Below the pieces are notes generated by a model that saw only the letters and a program-made list of their open reading frames with translations, was not told the DNA's origin and ran no database searches. Below, piece by piece: positions 35,261 to 47,855 of a DNA stretch of 64,000 nt (the first letter of the stretch is position 1; the number at the start of each line of letters is the position of its first letter). The stretch lies in NCBI RefSeq assembly GCF_009914755.1, contig NC_060945.1. The stretch is one strand, 5' to 3'. Source of the DNA: the human T2T-CHM13v2.0 reference genome, Homo sapiens. Position numbers and translations under genes: made by a program.

Positions 35261-38200
35261 GGTTCATTCACCACTCCATAAACAGGTGATTCTGTCAGTA
35301 TTACCATAGTATGAAATTCAGGCTGCTTAGGCCATAGACAAGAAGACAAATATCTTTAAATTTCTCTGTAGTCAGACTCTCCATGGGATCCCTGGCCAAG
35401 GTTTGTGAGGTGGCTGATTGGACAGGATGAAGGCAATTGTCACGACAGGGGACCAACCAGTGGACCCAGATGGTGACTTCATTAGAAAAGTATTCCAACC
35501 AGCACCACGCAGTGTGTATCCTGCAGAGGGGCCAACCAGGCAATAAACCGAGTTCCACCACCTTGCAGCCAGCAGCCGAGGGAAGCTCTGAGCTCTGAGA
35601 GAACTGGTCTATTTTCATCACATTTGGACAATGGACACACTCCACAGAAGGCAAATGTCCTTTCTCAGAAGACATATATCACATATGAGTAGCTGGCTTG
35701 AACCTTAACTCAGTGTGAGAGAGTAATAAGAATATCACCATAGTGTGGCACAGGTATGCACACACACAGGCACACACAGGCATAGCTTATTCTTATTTAT
35801 TACAAGAGCTTTCAGTCAGGCTGAAATGTCTAGGCAGTATTTTCTAAACTCTTTAAGACGCATGTCCCATGGACACTTCCGGTAAAATGATTCAGCTTCA
35901 ATAAGATTCAGACGCTTACTAACAAAACTAATTTGGGTGTTTTTTCAGAAAAGCTCAAACTGATACAAAACTCACAATTTCAGCCTCCAATTAGCAATTT
36001 CAAAAATATTTTGATTCTGATATTTTGGCATTGAGAAAATTGGTAGTCAGTTCAGGACAAATGAAATAGAGTGTACTTAAAAACAGATGCATGATTTAAA
36101 TTTGAGAGTTGGGGAAAGATTCTATCCTGTAATATGAATGTAATATAACTGTCATCTGGTCTCCAATTTTACTCTTCCCAACAGAATGCAATCTCATGAA
36201 ATAGTTGCACCTCTGAAGTGGGTAAGAGTTAATTAACCTGTCTCTTACTTATCTAACTTAAGTAAGCGAAATGGCTGACATGGAAAAGTAAATGAATTTT
36301 CCATTTATACACCGATTTTTAAAAACCGATCTTTCACTTTCCCAAAACTACTCTTTAAAGAAAATTTAACATAATCATTTTCAGCTTGAAAACTTCAAAT
36401 GAATGAATGTGGCTTGATTTGGGAGAAGATTTAAAGACTGTGACACCAGACAACCTGGGCTCAAAGTGCTATTCTCAAATCACAGTTGCCACCTGACCAG
36501 GGCCTGATAGTCAACATTTCCAAACCCTGGTTTTGCAATCTGTAAAACTGAAATTAAAAATATCCATTTGACTGAGAATGAACAGAGGTGTAGTCCTCAT
36601 TCTGTCATTCAACAATTGTGTGACCATGAGCACATTGTCTAACCATGCCTTCTTTACGAGGGTCATAATAACAATACTCACATCTAGTAATAAATCATAA
36701 ATTCAAGCTATTGTTTTTATGATCATTACTATTGTAGCTAATAAACATAACGAGTGCGAATCATATGGTCACTCAAGTGTCCACACACTTTAGATGCCCA
36801 ATACATACGAGTTTCCTTTTACCCTCATTCTTTTTTAGGGAAATAATTACAAGGAGGATATCTTTCTTCAAAGCAAACCAAGAGATTTTCATTTCTATGA
36901 AGGAGATTACACAATATTCGAAGGGGTATGTGACAATCTATGCAGATAATTACTCTCTCTATGAGTAATTCTTGTGGCCCAGGGGTTCTTAGGATGCGGG
37001 AAGCTGGAATGGTAATATATGGTATCATCGTGTGACCTGCTCTTGAACGCAAGAGGCTATCGTTTCCAGCCAGATCAAAACACAGGCAAATTCTGATTTA
37101 AAAAACTGCACATATTCTACATGCTCTTATTTCTTGTATCCAGACTACCCCATTAAGCTAATATAAAGGGAGAAAAAGTGATAGGGTGCAAGGAAAAATT
37201 CAATCACTGCTAAGCTCATCAAACTACACAATGAGCCATGGTAATCTGCAGCCTTAGAGAAGAAGCCCATCAATGACAACAACACCATCGATATTTTCTA
37301 CTCACATTCTTTCCTATGCAGTCCCAATTTTCTTACATTAGGAAGCATTTCATCAACATTTTAAGTTAACGAACCTCAAAAAATCACCCAGTCTAAAGTA
37401 CACGGCATGCAAGAGCAAACCTAAACTGTGTTATCAGAAAACAAAACCAGATGATGTCGTGCCTTTTTAAGGAAATATAAACCTAAAATAAACCGAGAAC
37501 ACCCCTCCCGGGGCCATCACATACACAAGAGGCAGAGACTTAGGCAACACTCAGAAGGGAAAGGAAGGCAAACAGCGAAAAGTCTCTCAGAGAAAAAGAT
37601 TTCATGGACTTTGGAGCCACTACAGCTGTCTCTGCACTCTCCTCTTCAAGCGTTTCTCCACATCTAGTATCTTCAAATCATTAGTGCTTTCTAGCTACGG
37701 TTTCAATATTTCCCAGAGGTCTCTCCAGTCCAGCCTTTGCCTGAGAGAACAGGTTACAAAAATATCCCCTCTCCCTTTTACCAGGCAACAAAGAGAATTT
37801 GCAGTGCTTTGAAAACAGAAATCCACATCCACAGGAAAAACAGGCCTCCGCCAGCCGCAGAAAAGGGTGCTTCAGGCACAGGGCAACCAGGCGAGAGAAA
37901 ATGCATTCAGAGCGGTTAGCACACAGGATTAATCACATTATAATTTAATCATCTGATCAAACACTAATTAGCATAATTGCTTGAGGGAGAAATGGCTGGA
38001 GGAACCCAGGAACACCCTGAGCATCCATGTTCTTAATGACAAAAGAGGGAACACAGATTTGGCTTCCCTTTCTTCATAAGAAAAGAAAGAAAATAGCAAA
38101 TAAAGTTAATCAATGACAAGCATCACCAGCTATGGTTTTAGCAGCCAAAGGAATTGCAACTGAGATTCATGACATTTTCCTTCCTCCTCTCTCTCCAGGA

Positions 38201-38268
38201 CCACTCTAAAATCCATGGAAAAAACGCAGTACTGATGTTACGGTAACTAGACTCTGAGCTATTTAAGT

Positions 38269-38488
38269 CTGTGTTCTCAACCTTGGCACAATGAAGATGT
38301 TGAACTGGATCATTCTTTGTCGTGGGGAGCTGTCCTGTGCATTACAGGGTGTTGAGCATCTTATAGTGAGTGTCCCCTCCAGATGCCAGTAGCAACCCCC
38401 AACCAGATGTGTGACAACCAAAAATGTCTCCAGACATTGCTCACTGTCCTCTGTGGGTGCAAAATTGCCCTCCGTTAAGAACCACTGA
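38269..38488 (+). mobile_element. MER20 DNA transposon
   Basis: gttctcaaccttggcac...ccagatgccagtagca...aaaaatgtctccagacattgc...aagaaccactg. Confidence 0.88.
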
Positions 38489-38609
38489 AGAACACAGCTT
38501 GTCCGGTGCATACTTCTTTTAAAAGTAACCAAGTCATAAAAATAGGGGAGGAGTCTTTTTATTTCCATTTGCCAAAAAATAATGAGCCTAAAATAATAGT
38601 TGCCCAGTT

Positions 38610-39029
<420 letters not shown>

Positions 39030-42000
39030 TCAAAGACCTTTAGGGAGACACTTCCAGGAGCACCTTTGAATAGGGACACTCACAGGCTCAGAGAACTCCA
39101 ACCCTTGCTTCTAGACTTCAGTGTGCCCTGAGCAGGCAAGAGGTCACAGCAATGTCTTCCACCTACCCAGGAGAGAGCAAACCACCAGTGACTTTGAAAA
39201 TGAATAAACCCAGAGAAGGCCTCCAGACCCCCCAGGAAAATACAGCTTTCTCCCTCCACTCTCACTGAGCACATGTAAGCTCTAATATTTGCTCCCAGTT
39301 TCTAAAGAGGGAGAGAGAAAGGTGAACAAGATGGAGAGAGGTGAAATGCCGACTGCTCCTCCATTTCTTGCAAATGTATCTCCACCACAATCGACTCATT
39401 GCATAAACTTAACCTGCCTTGGCCACCAGTCAGGCTGGACCTAACAATATTCACTCTTATCAAGAGATGCTAGAGACCCCAGGGAAAAATACTCAACACT
39501 TATTGCTGCAGGAAAGAAATATTTTCTATGGGTTAAGGTGATTTGTTCTAATAATAATACTGAGTCACATTATCTCTCATTTTTATTTTTTTTATGAAGA
39601 AAGTGTTTCACCATTTACAATTACTCATGAGTCTAACACAGGTTATTAAATCTGATGATGGAAATATTTATGCCCTTTCCGTGGCAGAAAGATGGGAAAA
39701 GATTGACCTACTCTACTACAAAATTTAAAAGAGAACAGTCTGTGCTATACCATGTAGGTTGTGAAAACTCCAAATCAGAGAGGAACTGTGAGCTATTTTA
39801 AACTGAAATCTTCTTCTGCAATTCCCCTGTCAGAGCTTGTGACTTCTTAATATAATGCCCCCACCCCCTTTTAAAGGAACATGAGTATAGGAAACTATTA
39901 TTGTAAAGAGACAGTCTACCCTAATTCCTGTAGTGATGAGTAAGCAGAATTCACATTTATTCAGCCTACAATGGCTTTTATACCATTTCCTTCTAAAGCT
40001 AAATTTCAAAACGGCCACTCAAAAAGGTAATTTCTATAGTGAATCACAATAAAATCACCAAAGGATTATAACATCAAACTTGTTTAAGATGCCTAGGAGG
40101 GAAAGTTATTTTTAATATTATCTAAAATAAGATCTCAGGACACAAAAAGGTATTTTTAAGGTTCTGAATTTAGGCCTCTCTCCAGCACACATTTGAGTCT
40201 ATTTTAGTGCCAAAATCAAGGACACGATGTTTTGAAAAAATTAATCTGCCACCAATAACTGCCCTCTATTTTGTCATATATGTAACAAGGTTTAAAATGC
40301 ACATATGCCCTTATATGCCAGCTTCTCTCTTTTTTCTGACAACTTAGGATAATGACATATACTTTGTATGGTAAATACAGTCAACTTGTGATTATTTACC
40401 TAAAAGAAAGCCAAGAAAATCCAACAGAGCAAATGACCCAAAGCCCTTCAGATCTGGCTCTGGAATGAGCTTGTGCCCTGGACAAAGGAATGTGCAGCAT
40501 CCCAAGGCGGCATCAAAGCAAAACCTCTAGCTGCAAACAGATCCACTCTCCTGCCCTGTCTCAGCCCGTTCTAGCTCATCTCTTAAGCTTGTTCAGTAGA
40601 GTTACCCAAATGGTTTCCCACTATGGATCTCTTGCCTGGAGCTTCATGGTTACAGGCAGGTTTCAAAGGGCTTCTCTGCTGGGACTCCAGCTGCTATCGA
40701 AGAAGGGACCAATGTGAGAAATACAATGGAATCAAGACCATAAGCAAAGCACAAGCATTTATAAACCTGAATATCAAATACGCTAACAGGAAGAAAAAAT
40801 GGTGCAAAGAGATAGATATTAATACACACAGATGATTCGTAAGCTGCTAGCATCCACATTGGGAGTGCCTCTGGCAGGATCTACATACCCCTCTACTCAG
40901 AATCTTTCTTGTTACTAAACCCCAGCACCAATTATCCCGAAAGATGCCCAAATTCTTATGGTGGTCAGTGAAGACCTAACCCTGTATACAGACATTCCCA
41001 ATAAATTACTACCCAATACAGAGTTCTCCAACAGTTCATCGAGATGTACTTGGAACTTTACTGGATCAACTTCCTAGCTACTGTTTGGGTAGCTTCTTTG
41101 CAAGTGTGTGTTTTGCAAAGGTGAATTATGGTTCATGTGGATCAGAACAGGCAAAGGCATGCGTTAATAATGCAAATTCACAGGTCGTGCATACACCAAG
41201 GCTACAGAATCAGACTCTCTGGTATCAGAGCTGGAAGACGACATAACAAACATGGAAACCATAACTTGGGAGACCCCAGTGGTGGTGGGAAAAACAAGAC
41301 AAAGTCACATGGGATTAGAAACACCTGGGGAGCTTTCCAAACTACAGCCCATTCCCCACAACGCTGGCATCAGAATTTCCAACAGGAGGCTAATGAGAGG
41401 AAATGCATCTCAGGAAACTTCCATATCTCCTTTCTCTGTTCTCCCTGACCCAGAACACCGGGGTGTTGAGAACCAGTGTCCTCGATCCTTACCTGGGAAG
41501 GCCCACATAGAAGGATACTAACTAATGTTCAGCTTGAAGTGTCAACAGACTGTGGTCTACCTCTTATCCTGATGTAAGGGTGGAGGGGATGTGTGGCTAT
41601 GGGGCTGGCACAGCCTCTTCCTCCATATTCAGTGTTCCCATGAACATTTGCCTCCGCTGCCTCCAAGCATCTAATCCCACAGAAGCCTACAGCATATTCT
41701 ATATTCTTACTCTCCCATCCTCAGCAATGGGGCGGTAGAGGTATGGGGGAGAGTGTGGGGCCCCTCGTGCCTGTGATTAATAAAGGCTGATGATGTGAGA
41801 TCCCCCAAGACACAAATAAACCAACCACTGATGAGAGTTCCTTGCCCAAAACAAATACCTAGATCACCTCGAGGTCCACATTTTTCTACCCAGATTTCTA
41901 TACAAATATTCAATGAAGCCTATTCTAAAACAGTAGCCACCAAGGATTTAATAGCTATTGATTTGGGTGAGTCATAACAGACACATCTGGTAATTAACCA

Positions 42001-43441
42001 TCCTACCCACATTCTGCTGTCACGTTAAGGACCCGGATAGAGGTTGCTAACTTGGGCTGCCAACTTAAACAACTTGTGAAAGGAGGATTCTGTCTGTTAG
42101 ACAGCATTCCACATTTCTTGTGCATTTCCTTTTCACTAGCCAACGAAATAGACAAGTGACTAGCCTTTGCAGGAACTGACAAGAACTAGATCCGGCAGGA
42201 GTGATAAAGTAGTCATGGTTCCCGTTTTGCTGGTAGAGGCCATTGTTGTCATTGTTGGGTGTCTTCAGCTCATTCCTAAAGTCTCACAGGTAATATTCCA
42301 AAGCATTGTTATTTCTACCCTGCAAGCTACATATCAGTTATTAAAAATGCTCTACAGCCGAGATTAAAAAATAAACATGGCAATTAAGCAGACTGGGACT
42401 TGGATTTTCTGTATCTCTATGGAACCCAAGATCAAATCACACCACAGCGGGGCTAACTGTGAAAAGAATTGAATCTTGAGTTTCTCTCGTGAGAAAGTAT
42501 ATTTCCTTAAAGTAATAAGTTTCCTTATTATATAGGAAATATAGCTGTCTTTTGTATTTAAAAAAATAAATTAAATTAAAATATACATAGAATTGCAGCA
42601 GTTCTAATTATCTTTCTACTTGTCTTTCTCTTATGATACAATCACAGAAATGTTCCCATCATCCAGCAGTTCATGCTTATGAGAAGAATCAATGCTTTAC
42701 TCAATATTAGGAAGATTAATCAATGGTAAGAGAGTCCACTGCAATCACCCACCTGAAGTGGCATGGATGGCTCTTCAGTATACGGCATGGGCTACCTCCC
42801 AACAGCCCCCCTCAGCCCCTGTGACCCATTCACGCTGGTCCTAACACCAGCTTCTACCTGATCATTGTGGTGACTCCATGATAATGCTGAAGCCACTTTG
42901 GGACCCTCAGGTCATCAAGGTCAACACTGGGAGTGGTATCACCATACTGCTGTTTTGCAGAAGCATCCAATAATGAGAAAGTTGGGATATTTAGAAAGAA
43001 CTATAAGCTGGCTTTTACTGTTTTATTTTCAGTGTGAAAAAAGTGTAAATTTTATGTAAAACCAGACTTAAAACTGTTTCCTGTTTCTTCATTTTAATAC
43101 TAAAAGAGTCAAGGCTTGTATGAATCAAAATCAGTAATTAAATAGTTCAAATTTCTTTCCATCACCTTATCAAAATGCCAATTTCATAGTCTGGAGAGAC
43201 TAGCGACAAAATGATCCATTTTATAGATGGTTCTTTATAAGACAAAAGGCAAACACTTTCCACAGCATCATCTTCTAGGGCAGGTCTGATTTTGTCCAGA
43301 TTTCCAACCTGTAAATCAGCAGTATTTGCATAAAAATTCAACGATTCTACTATTAATAAAACCCAAAGCCCACTTGGAACCAGGAAAACCAGAATGCTAT
43401 AAGTAACAAATACAGGCCTAGAAAGGAAAACTATTTCATTT

Positions 43442-43559
43442 CTTTTTTTATGCTAAATTGTATATACTTAAGGAACCTGGGGGACATTAGCTAAGTGATA
43501 TATGCCAGACACACACATACAAAATCCATGATCTCACTTATATATGGAATCTTATAAAG
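43442..43559. mobile_element. Tiny old L1M insertion with TSD and probable inversion
   Basis: Exact TSD actatttcattt (43430-43441 / 43560-43571); L1M 3' UTR motif gaacctgggggacatt...atctcacttatatatggaatct. Confidence 0.7.
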
Positions 43560-45889
43560 ACTATTTCATTTATAAGAGCATGTGGCATTCTTTTTCCCTT
43601 GTCCAATAACATTTGTGTCAATCACAAAGCCTGGGGTGATATTGTCTGCCCGACACAGACTGACAAATAAGGACTTCATATATTGCAATTTAAAACCCCA
43701 GAGTTTGAGAACAGGTTAACATGGAGGGACTTGTGATAATCACAGGATCCTAAATTTGAACTCTTCTCTCAGTAATTGCTTTATTACTGAGATGTATGCA
43801 GATTTCACCCTCCTACTATTCTGCCGTGAAACATCTTTAAGAAAGGCAAGGCTTATTGCAGAATAAATATTTGTAGCAGTGCTGCAAGTTCAATGTCCTC
43901 CCTTCACCTCCAGTCTTTTGTTCAGACCTACTCAAGCTGTTTCCAGATAATATATATATTGCCTTCTCATCCCCAGCTTCCCAAGCCTAACATAGACTTA
44001 AAGACTGAGAGCACTTCTAGAATATTCTGCAGAGAGTCCAAAGAGATTTCATAATATTTCTGCAAGGGTTGGTATGCTTTTTTTTTTGTTTTTTTCTCCT
44101 ACAAAATGCTGTACAGAGCTGGGACGTTAGGGGAAGCTAGCATTTAGTATGGAGGTGATCTCTTGCATTTTCAATTCTTTCTTTCACTGTCTTTGCGGCT
44201 GCACTTAAAAACAGCTTTCTATAAATAGGACTGCTTGCTCACTCTTAAATCTTACTCACTGTCTTCTCAGTAAAAAAAATAACTAGGGATACAGGCAAGA
44301 TTCATTAATCCCTGTCATTCTAACTCTCTGTGTAGTAGCCTCTTTCCTTCTTCATATCTTGACATATATCTTCTCAATCCCATTCATCCCTCTCTGTTAA
44401 ACCATAATATGTATTTACATAATCCAGGGGGCTTCAAGATCAAAAATTAATCCAGTTGCATGATTTTTAAAAAATCAGCGTTGATCACATAGAACAAATA
44501 GAGATGTCCAAAAATCAAAAGCTGATAAATATTGTAAGCTATAAGACACTTAATTTGATTTTTATATTTGGACAAAAATCAACTTTAACAATGATTAAGA
44601 TATCCTTTCATGTTACTTTGATGAAGATAGCAACTGTCATATTTGAATCTGCAAAATAAGAAATAAAGATAATGACAAAAAACCCATAAATCCATAGGAT
44701 GCTGAAGAAAACAGTAGTATGACTTTTTAAAGATGAATTAAGGCCTGAGAAAGTAAGCTTTGTTTTGATGTCCTGGGTGGCTCTTTGATGAAGAAATGAA
44801 TTCCCAAGAGCTGGGGGTGGCGGAGTGGGCGGGGAACCTAAATGTCGGTTTGATGTTTCTGGCTGGCTTTCAAAATGCGACAGGGCAATAAACACTGTAT
44901 AGGAATTTTAAATCATGCCATTTAGCAGCGTACACTTGAGAACAAGGGGTCCAGCACATGGATGAAATTATTGTCTGTGACACTTGACCCACTGCACGGC
45001 AGGAAGAGCACCTAAAGCAATTACATAGCTGTTGTGCAACAGTGATGAAGTCCCATCAGATACTCGAAATATGAATCTCTTTTTGAAAAGAGAAGAAAAT
45101 GCCCCAAGCCACAGGCGTTTCTGGAAAATAAACATTTCTACCGTGATTGAGTCACTACGACAGAAAAAGGTGGGTAGAGCAAAAGAGTCCAGTGGTTTAG
45201 TCAGAATGCAAGATAGGGACCAGGAGAGCAAGTCCAGGAAAGCAAACTAAGAGGGGGAGCCAATCAGCTAGAGGCAGAAGAGAGAGGTGGACGGGAGGGA
45301 GGAAGGTGGACAGGAGTTAAGGAGGGGAGAAAGGCTCTGCCTATCACTTTTTCCTTTCACTCCGTAAGGAACATCATCTATTTCCACTACTCCATACCAT
45401 GTGCTCTGCTCTGTGCTAAGGACACGCTCAGGCTTCGCACGCATTTCAGACTATGGAGGCTCCTGTCTAGCTAGTGAGAGAGGCAGTCACTAGCCAAATC
45501 AGCATCACCTAAATGCAGGCGTAACGATTACCACAGACTCCATCAAGGAAACAGCCAAGATTTTTAGAAAAAGGATAATATGGAGGGAACTGATTTTCAG
45601 GAGCAGATCTCTGAAACCCAACCCTTCTGAACGTCCTGGTCAGAAGCTGTCTGACCTCTGAACCAAAATCCTGTCCCTGCTTCCCTCCTGCCACCTTGAC
45701 AGACCTTGCGTCACCTGCAGAAAACATCCGTGTGCTCCACCCTTTGAATTCAGAACGACATAGTGGATACTCCGTGGGGCTGCTGGAATCTTCCATTCCC
45801 ACTGCCTTATCTTAACCCATAGATTCGGCAAGGGAAATGCAACTTTGAATTTTCTGGCATTTTCACAACATTGAAGAAAAGAACATAAA

Positions 45890-46800
45890 TATAGTTGGGG
45901 GGAGGGGCGCGGAGAGATAAGATGAGCATTTTTGTGCCCAGGTCTTTGGAACTTGAAGAGTTAACCCCCCAGTCCAGGGGAACAGGTGTTTTCCAGTGGG
46001 CCTGGGGGAGAGGGAAGGGGGCTCCCGGTCCCGGAGCCTTGCCTGCGGAGATTGATGGACTGCGGAGGAGCGGGCACGTCAGCATCACCCCTGTCACCAT
46101 CAGCAGGAGAAGCGGCGGCTCCTGGAATGACATTGGAAGGTCAGCCAATCAGGCGCGGAGCTGCTCCCGGAGCTGCCACCTCCGAGGCGCGCGCCACGCC
46201 GGGGTTCCCTCGCGGCTTTGGAAAGGGGGTGCAAATGCACCCTTCTGCGGGCCCGCTACCCGCTGCAACACCTGTGTTTCCTTTCTGGGCACCTTCTAGG
46301 TTTCTAGATATTGCTGTGAATACGGTCCTCCGCTGTACAGTTGAAAACAAAGGCTGCTGGACCTCGCCTGACCTGCGGTTGCCTTTGCCCGGTTCCTGTT
46401 AGACGAACTCTACGACGCCGGAGTTTGGGCGCAGTGAACTTGAGAGATCGTGGGGGAGGCGTCTTCAGAAGAAAGCCCCTGACCATCTGCATGGAGCAGT
46501 CCTCCCTCGGTGGCGGCTGGGTTTGCTGGCTCTGCTGAAGGCTGGCTGCAAGAGTCTTGTGAGGTTTGCCGCCCACTAGTGTCCTATGGCGGGGACACAA
46601 TCGGCCTGCAGGTAGCACCACCTCCCTATCTCCCAGGCTGAGGGTGCGGGCACCAAGGCCCAGCGTGCACTTCAGCGCAGCAGCCAAGAAAATGCCCACA
46701 CGCGCTTGTTTGTGTGGGCACACCCCTGGGTGCCTGCCCTGCTCTGGAGAGGTGGGCCACGCATGGAAACCGAGGAAATCGAAGTGCTCATTTCCGAAAT
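45890..46800. promoter_or_regulatory. Second, intronic CpG-rich element with CCAAT box
   Basis: CpG-rich non-repeat stretch (e.g. gaggcgcgcgccacgccgggg), CAGCCAATCAGG at 46142-46153, and a G-rich GC-box-like motif at ~45897-45912. Confidence 0.7.
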
Positions 46801-47807
46801 ACTATTGAATGCACTGCCTAATGCAAAATACATTCTTTTTCACTACCTATTAATTATTTATGAGCCACATTCATAATCTTACCCGTAGAATTCAGCTAAT
46901 TTTACGAAACCTGGATGCCACATTTTGTAAATGCATCCACTTGATAAACCCATCCTTTTATTTTGCAAACATAAATTTCCAATCTACAGTGTTCACAGGT
47001 CTTTCTTTATAAAATGACCTCTCTCTCTCCCTCTCTCAATCAAGTTTTAATACGCATTGAATTGAGTCTCTTGTCGAAATACTCCGTGCACCTTACTCCA
47101 GACACATCTAACATAAAATACCTTGCCAGCTACCCGGAGGTCCAGGAATTGGGGATTAGAATTGGCAAATATTTTAGTCAAAATTAGTTCCCCTACCAGA
47201 ATGCTGTATTGCGCTGGTTCTGCCCCCCGTGACTCACTGATCCCCCGAGGCAGCAAACCGTGGTCACACCAAAATGACAAAGGAGAGAGTCAAAAAGTGG
47301 AGAACGATCCACTGGCATTTATTGAAGGTCTGCGTGGCATTTTGTTTTCCTACAGAGGGCATCTTGGAGGGGCATGCAGCTTAAGTTAAAAGGCCTCGGA
47401 ATTTAGGTGAACCCTGAGATTATGGATAGCTTTTTAATCTGTTTAATAAAGATGGGGGAGAAAGGGAAGTGGAGGCAGCCCTGAAATTGTTCACCTGATA
47501 ACATTTCTTCCTTACATACATTTATGTGAATTAAATAAAAATCACCTTTGAAGTCCTTAAGGTGCATTTGTATTTACAAAGGTCTGCTTCTAATTAAATA
47601 AAATAGCAAGCGTGTGCTCTGTAATTTCCTATCAAGTGAATGGATGAAGCTCAAAGGTGCTGCATACTCATCTTCTCTTTAATGAGCACCTTCTTACTCC
47701 CAGCACCCCACCGTCTCTAATCTCCATGACCCTCAGGCCCCATGAAAGCGGATGCAGTAGAACTGAAAATCCCACAGCTCAGGAAAAGATGATGTCAGGA
47801 ATGCATG

Positions 47808-47808
<1 letters not shown>

Positions 47809-47850
<42 letters not shown>
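47809..47850. repeat. (GT)n microsatellite
   Basis: Direct reading, ~20 units. Confidence 0.95.

Positions 47851-47855
<5 letters not shown>

Noticed and set aside
40965-40978. tcagtgaagaccta (S-E-D-L) resembling the start of DSCAM exon 2
   Set aside because: Wrong strand, no acceptor, and it diverges immediately; chance match.
42060-42280. Open minus-strand stretch (NELKTPNNDNNGLYQQNGNHDYF...) that looks exon-like
   Set aside because: No convincing polypyrimidine acceptor or donor, and no recognisable protein similarity.
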